Of a DNA stretch of 58,495 bases, positions 25,284-34,616 are shown piece by piece. Every line of letters begins with the position of its first letter. The stretch's first letter is position 1. The notes beneath the pieces are model-generated. The model saw only the letters and a program-made list of their open reading frames with translations, ran no database searches and was not told the DNA's origin. The position numbers and the translations under genes were made by a program. The stretch lies in the IMG/VR virus record IMGVR_UViG_3300006918_000002, positions 1-58,495 of that record; one strand, written 5' to 3'. The DNA comes from a virus (lineage: Duplodnaviria; Caudoviricetes).

Positions 25284-26822
25284 ATGACCGCGCCTGGAGT
25301 GTTCACTCCCTACAGCACGATCGCACCGCTGCTCGGCACGCTGCCCGGATGGGTGGATCCGTTGGAGCAGCAGCGCATCGCGTCGTACCAGAAGTACGAG
25401 GAGATCTACTGGTCCTCCGAGGAGGGCTTCACGCAGGTGATGCGGGGCGACAACGAGCAGCCTCTCTTCCTGCCGACCGCTCGGACCCTCGTCAACACGG
25501 TGGCGCGGTACACCTGCCCGGACCTGTCGTACACCGTGACTCCCAGTCTCTCGGGTGGCAGCACGCAGGACGTGGCGATCGCCACGCTGGCCTTCAAGAA
25601 CCTGTTCGACCGCGAGGACTTCTTCAGCAAGTTCGACATCAACGTGCTGTTCGGGCTGATCCGGGCGGACGCCTTGTGGCACTTCGTGGCGGATCCGCTG
25701 AAGCCGTTGGGGAAGCGCATCTCCATCAGGACGCCGGACCCCGCGTCCTACTTCCCGGTCTACGACGTGGATGACCCGGAGCGGATCATCAAGGTCCACC
25801 TCGCGGAGCAGGTCACCGAGGGCGGTCAGGTGAAGGTCAGCCGCCTGACGTACGAGAAGGTCTTCGACGAGACGACCGGTGCCGTGGTGCAGATCCTGCG
25901 CAGCCACGGGGTCTTCAAGACGGAGGACTGGTGGAACCTGACGCAGCCCGAGCGCTGGATCCTGCCGCCCGAGCCGCTGCCCGACGGGATCACCGCGATC
26001 CCGGTCTACCACTGGAAGAACTTCGACCCGACGGCTCCGTTCGGCTCGAGCGAGCTCCGAGGCCTGGAGTCGGTGCTGGCCGGGATCAACCAGGCCATCA
26101 GCGATGAGGACTACACGCTCGCGATGGAGGGCCTCGGCGTGTGGGCCACCGACGGGGCGGGGCCGGTTGACGAGGACGGGAACGCCATTGACTGGGTCAT
26201 GGGTCCGGCGCGCGTGCTGACCAAGGCGAACGGCCTGCGCAAGCTGAACGGCACCACGAGCCTCGGGCCGTACGGCGAGCACATCGACCGACTCTCCAAT
26301 GCTGCCAAGGAAGCCGTCGGAGCCAGCGACGTTGCCGTCGGCACGGCGGACGCAGCCACCGCCGAGAGTGGAGTCGCCCTGTTGATCCGGCTCGGCCCGA
26401 TGCTGGCCAGCACGGGGAAGAAGGACAAGGCTCTCCTCGGGCTGCTGCGCCAGATGTTCTACGACCTGTGCTTCTGGCTCCAGGTCTACGAAGAGCTGCC
26501 GTTGATCGGGACGGACGAGGCCAAACAGCCCGCCCCACTGGTCGTGATCACCCCCGTCGTCGGGCCGAAGATCCCGGTCAATCAGGCGGAGGTCGTCAAG
26601 CGAGTCGTGGAGCTGCGGAACACGGTTCCCCCGGTGGTGAGCCTGCGCACCGCGCACGACTGGATGCGCTCCGCCGGGATCCCCATCCCCGACGACGAGC
26701 TGAAGCAGCTTCAACTGGAAGCGTCGCAGAGCCTGGATCCCGTCGGCGAGCCGACACCAGGGCAGGACGCCGACGCGGACGCCAGCGTGCCCGAGACGGA
26801 ATCCGAGGAAGTGGTGGTATGA
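25284..26822 (+). CDS. Portal protein
   Basis: 512 aa after terL; IPVYHWKN...FGSSEL...SGVAL motifs (SPP1 gp6-like). Confidence 0.88.
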   Translation: MTAPGVFTPYSTIAPLLGTLPGWVDPLEQQRIASYQKYEEIYWSSEEGFTQVMRGDNEQPLFLPTARTLVNTVARYTCPDLSYTVTPSLSGGSTQDVAIATLAFKNLFDREDFFSKFDINVLFGLIRADALWHFVADPLKPLGKRISIRTPDPASYFPVYDVDDPERIIKVHLAEQVTEGGQVKVSRLTYEKVFDETTGAVVQILRSHGVFKTEDWWNLTQPERWILPPEPLPDGITAIPVYHWKNFDPTAPFGSSELRGLESVLAGINQAISDEDYTLAMEGLGVWATDGAGPVDEDGNAIDWVMGPARVLTKANGLRKLNGTTSLGPYGEHIDRLSNAAKEAVGASDVAVGTADAATAESGVALLIRLGPMLASTGKKDKALLGLLRQMFYDLCFWLQVYEELPLIGTDEAKQPAPLVVITPVVGPKIPVNQAEVVKRVVELRNTVPPVVSLRTAHDWMRSAGIPIPDDELKQLQLEASQSLDPVGEPTPGQDADADASVPETESEEVVV

Positions 26823-27007
26823 CGTGGATCTGGCCGTTCGCGCGCCTGCGCTTCCGCCTGCGCAACGGGTTCTGGTGTACGCACGCGTGGTCGGATGATC
26901 CCGCGCACTGGAGGCGACCGCCGGACAACGGCGGCTGGATGATGATCGACGCCGGGATGCGCCAGATGCGGCGCTGCCCTCGCTGCGACCACGTGGAGTT
27001 CCGATGA
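26819..27007 (+). CDS. Small Zn-ribbon protein
   Basis: CTHAW...CPRCDH; ATGA overlaps at both ends. Confidence 0.55.
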   Translation: MTWIWPFARLRFRLRNGFWCTHAWSDDPAHWRRPPDNGGWMMIDAGMRQMRRCPRCDHVEFR

Positions 27008-27927
27008 CCGCCCCCGCGCTGGCCTCCGTGCCGCTGACGTACTACCTGCGAGAGGAGGAGGCGCTCACGCGGCGGGTGTTGGCGGAACTCGCTGACGCGC
27101 AAGCGGACGCGGCTCGACGGCTCACGAAGCTGGCCAACCGCCCGGGGGTCGGAGCCGAGGTCGAGCGGAGCCAGCTCACGTTGATCCGCCAACAGCTCAT
27201 GGCCACGCAGCGCGAGCTGTGGGCACAACTGGGCAAGGAGGTCAGGCAGGCGGGGCAAGCGGCGGCAGACGCTGCCTCAGCCGCCGTAGACACCATGGAC
27301 CGCGCCCTCTTTGCCAGCGCGGGTCAACGGCTGCCTGAGGAGCTCGTCAGGGCACACCAGGCGTACGCCCGGGAAGTGGTGGAGACGTACTTCTCGCGGA
27401 TGCAGAACGGGATCAGCCTGAGCGAGCAGGTGTACAAGTCGAGGGCGCTCAGTCAGGGATGGGTCGACCGCGCGGTGAACCGCACCATCCTCCAGGGTGG
27501 AAGCTGGCAGGACCTGATGAAGCGTGTCCTGCCCATGATCGACCCGAACGTTCCAGGAGGGGTCTCGTACGCGGCGAAGCGCCTGGCGCGGACGGAGCTC
27601 AACAACGCGTTCCACACCACGCAGGTTCGGTTGGGGCAAGGCAATCCCTGGGTCGAGGGGCAGAAATGGAACCTGAGCCGCAAGCACCCCAAGGCGGACA
27701 ACTGCGACCAGTACGCGAACGAGGTCCACGTCAAGGGCGGGGAACCCGGCGTCTACGAAGCGAACAACGTTCCCTCGAAACCGCATCCTCAGTGCTACTG
27801 CTACATCACGGCGGTGACCGTCAGCGAGGACGAGTTCTTCGACCGACTGATGCGCGGAGACTACCGCGATGCCACCGAGAACTTCGCCTCCCCTCCGCCC
27901 GCCGCAGCCCTGCGGAAGAGTGGATGA
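27004..27927 (+). CDS. MuF-like minor head protein
   Basis: AKRLARTE-N-A, W-S-H-DNCD, P-PHPQCYC. Confidence 0.85.
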   Translation: MTAPALASVPLTYYLREEEALTRRVLAELADAQADAARRLTKLANRPGVGAEVERSQLTLIRQQLMATQRELWAQLGKEVRQAGQAAADAASAAVDTMDRALFASAGQRLPEELVRAHQAYAREVVETYFSRMQNGISLSEQVYKSRALSQGWVDRAVNRTILQGGSWQDLMKRVLPMIDPNVPGGVSYAAKRLARTELNNAFHTTQVRLGQGNPWVEGQKWNLSRKHPKADNCDQYANEVHVKGGEPGVYEANNVPSKPHPQCYCYITAVTVSEDEFFDRLMRGDYRDATENFASPPPAAALRKSG

Positions 27928-28034
27928 GGCCCTCTACCACCGTGGATACTTTCCAGGCTAGGCTGTCCCCAGTACCCGCGTCCGCGAGCGCGGGGTCGGT
28001 GGCAGTGAACACCGATAACTCCGAAAGGAAACCC

Positions 28035-28808
28035 ATGGAAGAGAAGGCGTTGATGGAAGAGACCGTTCTGCCCGTGCACCCCACGCTGAGGGACCCCCGT
28101 ACCGGGGAACCGTTGCGCGCGTTGGGGTTCTTCCGTGGTCGTCCCCTGTGGCCGATCATGGGAGGTTCCGGGGAAGGCGAGAGTGGCGGTGACGACGCGG
28201 GTGACGAGGGCACCGACGACGCGGACGACACCGACGCCGACGACACCGAGGAAGCCAAGGGCAGCAAGGAGAAGAAGCCTGCCGGTGAGCAGACTGTCTC
28301 CCTGGCCAAGTTCCGGAGGCTCGAGAAGCACCTCTCGGCGGCGGACAAGAAGCGGCAGGAGGTCGAGGACGAGCTCAAGCAGATCCGCGACAAGGACCTC
28401 CCGGCCGTCGAGAAGGCGGAGCGGGACCGCGCGGAAGCGGTCACCAAGGCGGAGAAGCTGGAGGGCAAGTACCAGAAGCTCGCCCGCCAGCACGCGTTCC
28501 TCCTGGAGACCCAGAGCCAGAAGGTCTCGTGGAAGAACCCGAAGGCCGCCCTGAAGCTCGCGGACCTGGACGAGCTCGACGTCAACGAAGATGGCTCCGT
28601 GGAAGGGATCTCCGACGCGGTGGCCACCCTCCTCAAGGACCATGAGTACCTCGTGGACAAGGCCAAGAACGACGACGACGCCGAGGAAGAGTCGGTCAAG
28701 AAGCCTCGGAGCGGCTCTCCGGTCGGCGGCAAGCAGAAGCAGAAGGTTCCCCCCGGGCACATGTCCGATGAGGAACTGCGCAAGGCGTTCCCCGCCCTGC
28801 GTAAGTGA
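28035..28808 (+). CDS. Capsid scaffolding protein
   Basis: GAAAGGA RBS; PIMGG leader, acidic stretch, coiled coil, ...FPAL C-terminus. Confidence 0.8.
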   Translation: MEEKALMEETVLPVHPTLRDPRTGEPLRALGFFRGRPLWPIMGGSGEGESGGDDAGDEGTDDADDTDADDTEEAKGSKEKKPAGEQTVSLAKFRRLEKHLSAADKKRQEVEDELKQIRDKDLPAVEKAERDRAEAVTKAEKLEGKYQKLARQHAFLLETQSQKVSWKNPKAALKLADLDELDVNEDGSVEGISDAVATLLKDHEYLVDKAKNDDDAEEESVKKPRSGSPVGGKQKQKVPPGHMSDEELRKAFPALRK

Positions 28809-28829
28809 CACACGAGAGAGGAGTGACAC

Positions 28830-29219
28830 GTGGCGAACACGTGGCGGGTCGACAAGTCTGACCCCTACAGCGGCACGCACCGCGCGCGGCTGGAAGCAGC
28901 CTGGCTCGCGGCCGACGTCGGCGAGATCATCGGCGTCGGTCTGAACGCCTCCGGTCGCATCGTGAAGGGCGCAGGCAACACGGGCGTCGTCGGCGTGGTG
29001 TGCCTGAGCCAGGTTCGTCCGGCGGGTCACCCCGTCGACATCCTGAAGCGGGCGGAGATCACCGGAGGCACGGAGATCGCGGGCGTCGCCGTCACAGCGG
29101 GGACCAGCTACAGCGTCTCGGCGGCAGGTGTGATCGCGGCCACCGCTGCCGGAGTGCCCGGGAACCTGGGCTACACCACCGAAATCGACCGCTTCGTGGT
29201 CGACTACCGCACGCCCTGA
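28830..29219 (+). CDS. Capsid decoration/cement protein
   Basis: 129-aa G/A/V-rich beta protein between scaffold and capsid genes. Confidence 0.65.
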   Translation: MANTWRVDKSDPYSGTHRARLEAAWLAADVGEIIGVGLNASGRIVKGAGNTGVVGVVCLSQVRPAGHPVDILKRAEITGGTEIAGVAVTAGTSYSVSAAGVIAATAAGVPGNLGYTTEIDRFVVDYRTP

Positions 29220-29233
29220 GAGGAGGATCACTG

Positions 29234-30541
29234 ATGGGCATCTCCAAGGTTCGTTTCAACGACAAGCTGATCCTCCCCGCGTGGGGTTGGTCCATGTCGG
29301 ACTCGATCGCGCCGGACGGCTCGGTCGCGCGCAACATCCTGAAGGACCGGCGCTTCCGGCAGCACTTCCTGCCGATCCAGTCGGGTGGTGCCACGGGCAC
29401 CAACGAGGCCGCCGACGTCGTGCAGGCGACCATCGACGGCGTCGACACGCGGGTGTTGTGGCAGGCGTACCAGCAGGCGGTCGAGCTCAAGAACCGTGAG
29501 CGTCAGCCGCTGGTGGACTTCATCACCCGCCGCGTCAACGTTCCGTTCGAGGGCATCCCGATCGGGACCGGTGGGGCGCGGTTCGAGCGAGCGTCAGAGC
29601 GTGGTGTGCCGCGTTCGTACCGGCCGGACACCGAGCTCCAGTGGATGGCGTACGACTTCGCCTGGCGCGACCTCGCGTCGCGGTTCACGTGGGAGTTCCT
29701 GGTCGACGCCACCGCCGAGCAGGTCAACGCTCAGGCGAACATGGCGCTGGAGGCGGACAACACGCTCCTCTTCGAGGAGATCATGTGGACGCTCTTCAAC
29801 AACGAGAACCGGGACGTCTCCATCGAGAAGCGTCCGTACGTCGTGTACTCGTTCTACAACGGGACGGACGGCGTGACGCCGCCGAACTACAAGACGAACG
29901 AGTTCACCAGCACCCACACGCACTACCTGGCGTCGGGCGCGGCCACCATCAGCGCCGGAGACGCGGGTGCAGGCACCCCGGGTGACCTGGACGACATCAT
30001 CACGCACCTGGAGCACCACGGCTACACGCGGGCCAACGGTGCCGACATCGTGATCATGATGAACAAGACCGAGGGTGACGTGGTGCGCAACTGGCGCTCC
30101 GTCGCGAACGGCGGAACCGCGCTGTACGACTTCATCCCGGCGCAGGGCACCCCGACGTTCCTCCTGCCGGTCAACTTCCGGACGCCGGACGGGGGCACGG
30201 CGGTCCAGCCCGCCCCGAACCTCCGGGGCATGACGGTGATCGGGTCGTACGGCCCCGCCACGATCGTGCAGGAGGACTACATGCCTCCGAAGTACGTCGT
30301 CGGCTTCGCCACGGGCGGTCCGGACGCAGCGCAGAACCCCATCGGCCTGCGGGAGCACGCGAACCCCGCGTTCCGAGGGCTGCGCCTGGTGAAGGGGCGG
30401 GATCCCGACTACCCGCTCCAGGAGGCCATCTACCAGCGTGGTTTCGGTACCGGCATCCGGTACCGGGGCGCTGGTGTCGTGATGCAGATCACGGCCGGTG
30501 CCTACACTCCGCCCGCCGAGTACGCCGACCAGCCGCTGTAG
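29234..30541 (+). CDS. Major capsid protein
   Basis: AGGAGG RBS; about 435 aa; position; ends RGFGTGIRYRGAGV. Confidence 0.8.
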   Translation: MGISKVRFNDKLILPAWGWSMSDSIAPDGSVARNILKDRRFRQHFLPIQSGGATGTNEAADVVQATIDGVDTRVLWQAYQQAVELKNRERQPLVDFITRRVNVPFEGIPIGTGGARFERASERGVPRSYRPDTELQWMAYDFAWRDLASRFTWEFLVDATAEQVNAQANMALEADNTLLFEEIMWTLFNNENRDVSIEKRPYVVYSFYNGTDGVTPPNYKTNEFTSTHTHYLASGAATISAGDAGAGTPGDLDDIITHLEHHGYTRANGADIVIMMNKTEGDVVRNWRSVANGGTALYDFIPAQGTPTFLLPVNFRTPDGGTAVQPAPNLRGMTVIGSYGPATIVQEDYMPPKYVVGFATGGPDAAQNPIGLREHANPAFRGLRLVKGRDPDYPLQEAIYQRGFGTGIRYRGAGVVMQITAGAYTPPAEYADQPL

Positions 30542-30544
30542 GAG

Positions 30545-30946
30545 GTGAACGACATGGCTCGGAAGATCGACCTGAGCAAGGCGCTGAGCGACGCGGACCG
30601 CCGGTACCTGGCGGACCGTGACCGCTGGCACGCGATCGCCGAAGCGGACGGACACGGGGACCCGAAGCGGGCGAGGGCAGAGTACGTGGCGAACGCCTCC
30701 GCCCCGACGCAGGTCTCCTTGCCCCCCACCAATCCTCAGGCTCCGGCGCAGACGCTTCAGCAGGTCGCCGGAGGCCAGCAGGGCGACGACGGTGACGTCG
30801 AGGACCCGCCGTACGAGGAGTGGACGTACCCCGAGCTCCAGGCGGAGCTGAAGGAGCGGAAGCTGAACGCGGGCGGCAAGCAGGACGAGCTCATCGCGCG
30901 TCTCTACGAGCACGACGAGCAGGAAGCCGCGAAGGGCCAGCAGTAA
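30545..30946 (+). CDS. SAP/HeH-domain protein
   Basis: WTYPELQAELKERKLNAGGKQDELIARLYE. Confidence 0.7.
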   Translation: MNDMARKIDLSKALSDADRRYLADRDRWHAIAEADGHGDPKRARAEYVANASAPTQVSLPPTNPQAPAQTLQQVAGGQQGDDGDVEDPPYEEWTYPELQAELKERKLNAGGKQDELIARLYEHDEQEAAKGQQ

Positions 30947-30953
30947 CCAGAAC

Positions 30954-31006
30954 TCCGAGGAGGGGCGGGTCGTCAGGGTCGGTGTCAGCCCTCGCCCCTC
31001 CTCGGA
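30954..31006 (+). terminator. Stem-loop after the capsid operon
   Basis: 14-bp perfect inverted repeat TCCGAGGAGGGGCG/CGCCCCTCCTCGGA. Confidence 0.6.
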
Positions 31007-31031
31007 CCACACATCGACCGGAGGTTCCGCC

Positions 31032-31379
31032 ATGGCAACACCTGCCGAGCTGGCTCAGCTCCGCGACATGGTCAACGAGCTGGACGACACCGGTGGCTGG
31101 ACGGACGAGAAGCTCGACGAGCTGTTGACCCGTACCGCGAACACCGACGGGTCGCTCAACTTCCGGCGGGCTGCGGCGGAGGTGTGGGAGGCGAAGGCGG
31201 GTGCGCTGGCTACGCTCAACGACGTCACCGAGAGCGGTTCTTCCCGGCGGCTCAGCCAGACCTTCGATCACTTCATGAAGATGGCCGCGATATTCGGCAG
31301 TGGCACGGAGGATCCGGTCCTGGTGGATCTCGCGTCGAGGCCGGTCTCCCAGAAGATCGTGAGGCCGACCCGTGGCTGA
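31032..31379 (+). CDS. Head-to-tail adaptor
   Basis: Size, position, AAAEVWEAKA...DVTESGSSRR. Confidence 0.7.
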   Translation: MATPAELAQLRDMVNELDDTGGWTDEKLDELLTRTANTDGSLNFRRAAAEVWEAKAGALATLNDVTESGSSRRLSQTFDHFMKMAAIFGSGTEDPVLVDLASRPVSQKIVRPTRG

Positions 31380-31752
31380 GAGCGCCCTGGAGCTGGCTGT
31401 GCATCGCGCCAACACCAAGGCGTTCATCGACGCGGACCCGCGCTCCATCGTGCTGGTCCGCAGTGTCCCCGTACCGAACGGTTCTGGAGGCTCCCTCCCC
31501 GGAGTTCCCGCTCCGCAGCCCGCGCAGACCATGCGCCTCATGCCGGTAGATGCGACCGTAGCCACCGAACGGCGCTTGGAGGACGGCTCCGTGCTGAAGC
31601 CCTCCTGGACGCTGCTGGGCGAGCACACCGCCGACATGAAGCGGGGAGACACCTTCAGCCTGCCCGACGGCACCACCGGGGAGATCGCGTACGTCCAGGA
31701 AAAGCGGACGTACCAAGTGAAGGGCGAGGTGGTGTCCCGTGGCGCGCGTTGA
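31372..31752 (+). CDS. Head-to-tail stopper
   Basis: Position; DMKRGDTF motif. Confidence 0.6.
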   Translation: MAESALELAVHRANTKAFIDADPRSIVLVRSVPVPNGSGGSLPGVPAPQPAQTMRLMPVDATVATERRLEDGSVLKPSWTLLGEHTADMKRGDTFSLPDGTTGEIAYVQEKRTYQVKGEVVSRGAR

Positions 31753-32104
31753 GTTCACCAGCAACACTCTGGGTCCGAGCATCCACAAGATGGGGCCAGC
31801 GTTGAACGCGGGCATCTACCAGGTCCTGCGGTTCCACCAGCCTCAGATTGCCGCTCGGGCCAAGACGAACGCACCGTGGGAGGACCAGACCGGCAACGCG
31901 CGCAACGGTCTCAACGCTCGGGTCGACATCATCCTGCCGTACGTGTTCGCGCTGACGCTGTTCGGCAGCGTGAAGTATCAGATCTGGCTGGAGGTGCGGT
32001 TCGCGGGCAAGTACGCCATCATCATGCCGACCGTGCGCTCGTACGCTCCGCTCGTGCTGGCCTCCTTCACGAAGCTCCTGGAAAGACTGGGGGCCAACCG
32101 ATGA
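31739..32104 (+). CDS. Neck protein (HK97 gp10-like)
   Basis: AKTNAPWEDQTGNAR...Y-IWLE...KYAIIMPT. Confidence 0.75.
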   Translation: MARVEFTSNTLGPSIHKMGPALNAGIYQVLRFHQPQIAARAKTNAPWEDQTGNARNGLNARVDIILPYVFALTLFGSVKYQIWLEVRFAGKYAIIMPTVRSYAPLVLASFTKLLERLGANR

Positions 32105-32526
32105 GCCTGCGGCATCTGTTGTTCACCGTGCTCTCCGGCGACGCTGATGTCGTGGCGGTGTACGGCAATCGGATTGTTGACTCGGGTAACCTCGGGACCC
32201 CGGACGGGCTCATTCCGCCCTTCCCCTTCCTGGTCACCAAGTGGGGCGAGGGCACGGTTGGATGGGGCACCACCGAGGACCGGTTGGTGGAGCTGTGGTC
32301 CTACGACATCAGCACCGACTACACACGCACGGAGCGCGGTCTACGGGCCGTACAGTCGGTGCTGCATCGGCGTGCAGGGGGATGGGCTGACGCCGAGGGC
32401 GAGCGGACGTGGTTGGTGGAAGCAAGGCTCGACAGTGTCAGTCGGGATCTCACGGATGACGTCCTGCGGGCGTCGGTGAAGTACGCGACCTATCGCTTGA
32501 TCGGAAACTCGGAGGTGTTGGTGTGA
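32101..32526 (+). CDS. Tail terminator protein
   Basis: Position and size; ATGA overlap; PFLV. Confidence 0.6.
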   Translation: MSLRHLLFTVLSGDADVVAVYGNRIVDSGNLGTPDGLIPPFPFLVTKWGEGTVGWGTTEDRLVELWSYDISTDYTRTERGLRAVQSVLHRRAGGWADAEGERTWLVEARLDSVSRDLTDDVLRASVKYATYRLIGNSEVLV

Positions 32527-32897
32527 CTACGAAGACCATCGTGCGGTATCTGCCGCCGAACCCCATCGTCGGGGCGAGGGAGTTGTCCTCGGACGACTTC
32601 AAGTCTCAGGGGGTGTTCACGCAGAAGAAGAAGCTGCTGTGGCAGAAGGAGAACGGCTTCTGGCTCGACGCCGACGACGCCAAGATCAGCCCGGAAGCGT
32701 TGGCGTGGCTGGAGGAGCGCACGGGCGAGTTCAAGGTCGAGCGCCAGGAGATCCCCGACGACGACACCGAGGCGGAGGCCACCGGAACCGCGAAGGAGAC
32801 CTCCTCGGGCAAGGCGGTCGAGGGAGAGCAGCCGGTCGGCGGTGGCACCCCGGGCACCACGACGGGGACGACCACTCAGAGCACGGCCAGGCGATAG
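32523..32897 (+). CDS. Hypothetical virion-module protein
   Basis: 124 aa with Thr/Gly-rich tail. Confidence 0.6.
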   Translation: MTTKTIVRYLPPNPIVGARELSSDDFKSQGVFTQKKKLLWQKENGFWLDADDAKISPEALAWLEERTGEFKVERQEIPDDDTEAEATGTAKETSSGKAVEGEQPVGGGTPGTTTGTTTQSTARR

Positions 32898-32899
32898 CG

Positions 32900-33139
32900 A
32901 TGGACCTGCGGTGCGAGAACGGCATCCTGTTCGCCAGGATCGTTGAGGTCGAAGGACTTCAGCTGATCGAGGTGAAGTGCCGCTCCTCGCGCTGCCGGAC
33001 AGAGCCTGGCGTGATGGTGTTCCACCGGTTCCGATTCACGGGCACGCTGGATCACTCCGTGTACTTCCGGGACCCCGGTTACAGAAAGGAAGAATCGAAT
33101 GACCATCACTCGCGAAGCGCTGCCGTTCGGTCTGCGTGA
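32900..33139 (+). CDS. Com-like zinc-ribbon protein
   Basis: MDLRC...LFA...IEVKCRSSRC...H. Confidence 0.55.
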   Translation: MDLRCENGILFARIVEVEGLQLIEVKCRSSRCRTEPGVMVFHRFRFTGTLDHSVYFRDPGYRKEESNDHHSRSAAVRSA

Positions 33140-33677
33140 CGTCAAGGTCGGCCTGCTGGACCCCGTCTCGTTCCTGCCGACGGTTCTCGTCGACCTCCCG
33201 AACGGCCAGACATTCAGCTTCACCGACTCGGAGGACTTCGAGGTCCTGCGCGGTGACGACCGGGACGTGGCGCGGCGGGGCAAGGGTGCCACCGTGGAGT
33301 GGGAGCTCGAGAAGGGCGGCATCTCCCTGGAGGCATACGCCATCATGGCGGGCGGAACCGTCACGCTGAGCGGTGTGTCCCCGGCGGAGAAGAAGTCCTA
33401 CCGCAAGCGCATCACCGACCAGCGGCCGGACTTCTGGCTCGAGGGCCAGTCCATGAGCGAGTCCGGCGGCGACTTCCACTGCGTGCTGCCCCGCTGCAAG
33501 GCGGACGAGTCGTTGGAAGGCGAGATGGCCGACGGCACGTTCTGGATCACGTCGGCGTCCGGGCACGGGATGACCTCCCTGGCTCCGGCCAGCGACACGG
33601 AGCACTTCGAGCTCCTCTACAAGTTCGTGCACAACGAGACGGCCACGGCGATCGAAGTTCCGGTCGCGGTGCCGTAG
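33099..33677 (+). CDS. Major tail (tube) protein
   Basis: AAGGA RBS; LPFGLRDVK...LRGDD; precedes chaperone and tape measure genes. Confidence 0.85.
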   Translation: MTITREALPFGLRDVKVGLLDPVSFLPTVLVDLPNGQTFSFTDSEDFEVLRGDDRDVARRGKGATVEWELEKGGISLEAYAIMAGGTVTLSGVSPAEKKSYRKRITDQRPDFWLEGQSMSESGGDFHCVLPRCKADESLEGEMADGTFWITSASGHGMTSLAPASDTEHFELLYKFVHNETATAIEVPVAVP

Positions 33678-33715
33678 TCCTCCGTACACTCCGAACACTG
33701 GGAAGGACCACACGG

Positions 33716-34357
33716 ATGGCACCCACACAGAAGCCCCTCAGCGCAACCGAAAGGAAGCGCCGGGAGAAGCAGGCCACCACCGCGCAGGCGTGGCGGGCGG
33801 GCCGAAATCAGACTGTCGAGCTCCCGTCCGGGAATCACGCGGTGCTCCGCCGACCGGGCATGGAGAAGTTCCTGAGCTCGGGGTATCTCCCCGACACGCT
33901 CCGCTCCGTCATCCAGGAGCAGATCGCCAGTGGCTCCGGCAGGACGAGCGCTCACGAGGCCACCAAGGACGTCAGTCTCGAGGAGGCCGCCGAGTGGATG
34001 GCGGCGATGGACCGGGTGGCGGTGCACGTCTTCGTGTCGCCTGCGCTGCGGTGGCACAAGAAGCCCGCGATCGGCCCGGACGGCAAGCCGCTGCTGGACG
34101 CCAAGAAGCAGCCTGTCTACGTCGATGTCCCCGACGACGAGCGCGACCCGGAGTTCCTCTACACCGACGACGTGGACATGGAGGACAAGCAGTTCGCGTT
34201 CCAGTACGCCGTCGGGGGCGACACTGATCTGGAGCGATTTCGCGCGGCAACCGCATCTGTTGTGGATGATCTATCAGCAGGCGCAGATCTGGCGGTGTCG
34301 CCCGAGCGAAGCTCTGTATCTGACGGAGGCGGACTGGCTGACGCAGTGGAGCGTTGA
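33716..34357 (+). CDS. Tail assembly chaperone (G)
   Basis: VELPSG...LERFR; lies between tail tube and tape measure genes. Confidence 0.75.
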   Translation: MAPTQKPLSATERKRREKQATTAQAWRAGRNQTVELPSGNHAVLRRPGMEKFLSSGYLPDTLRSVIQEQIASGSGRTSAHEATKDVSLEEAAEWMAAMDRVAVHVFVSPALRWHKKPAIGPDGKPLLDAKKQPVYVDVPDDERDPEFLYTDDVDMEDKQFAFQYAVGGDTDLERFRAATASVVDDLSAGADLAVSPERSSVSDGGGLADAVER

Positions 34358-34553
34358 TCAGGCCGTCTGGAACTTCGGACAAGCCCTCGAGGGCGCGCTC
34401 GAAGAAGCCACCAAGAACGCGAAGAAGGACTCGCAACGCAAGGCAGCACGCGAGAAGGTCTTCAGGAAATGGCTCCCTGGCGCAACGGCTGACACCAAGC
34501 ACTTCAGGGACGTAGCCAAGGAGGCACCGGATGGCATGGCACGGCGGGTGTAG
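34239..34553 (+). CDS. Tail assembly chaperone extension (T), reached by a probable +1 frameshift
   Basis: The +1 frame reads FARQPHLLW...RCRPSE...DQAVWNFG...FRD; overlaps G with no clear RBS. Confidence 0.6.
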   Translation, partial: FARQPHLLWMIYQQAQIWRCRPSEALYLTEADWLTQWSVDQAVWNFGQALEGALEEATKNAKKDSQRKAAREKVFRKWLPGATADTKHFRDVAKEAPDGMARRV

Positions 34554-34616
34554 CGCTCTGGGCACCGCCGTGCCCCCTCCCGGCCTCCGCATCGCAGCCA
34601 CGGGGAGCGCACGGCC

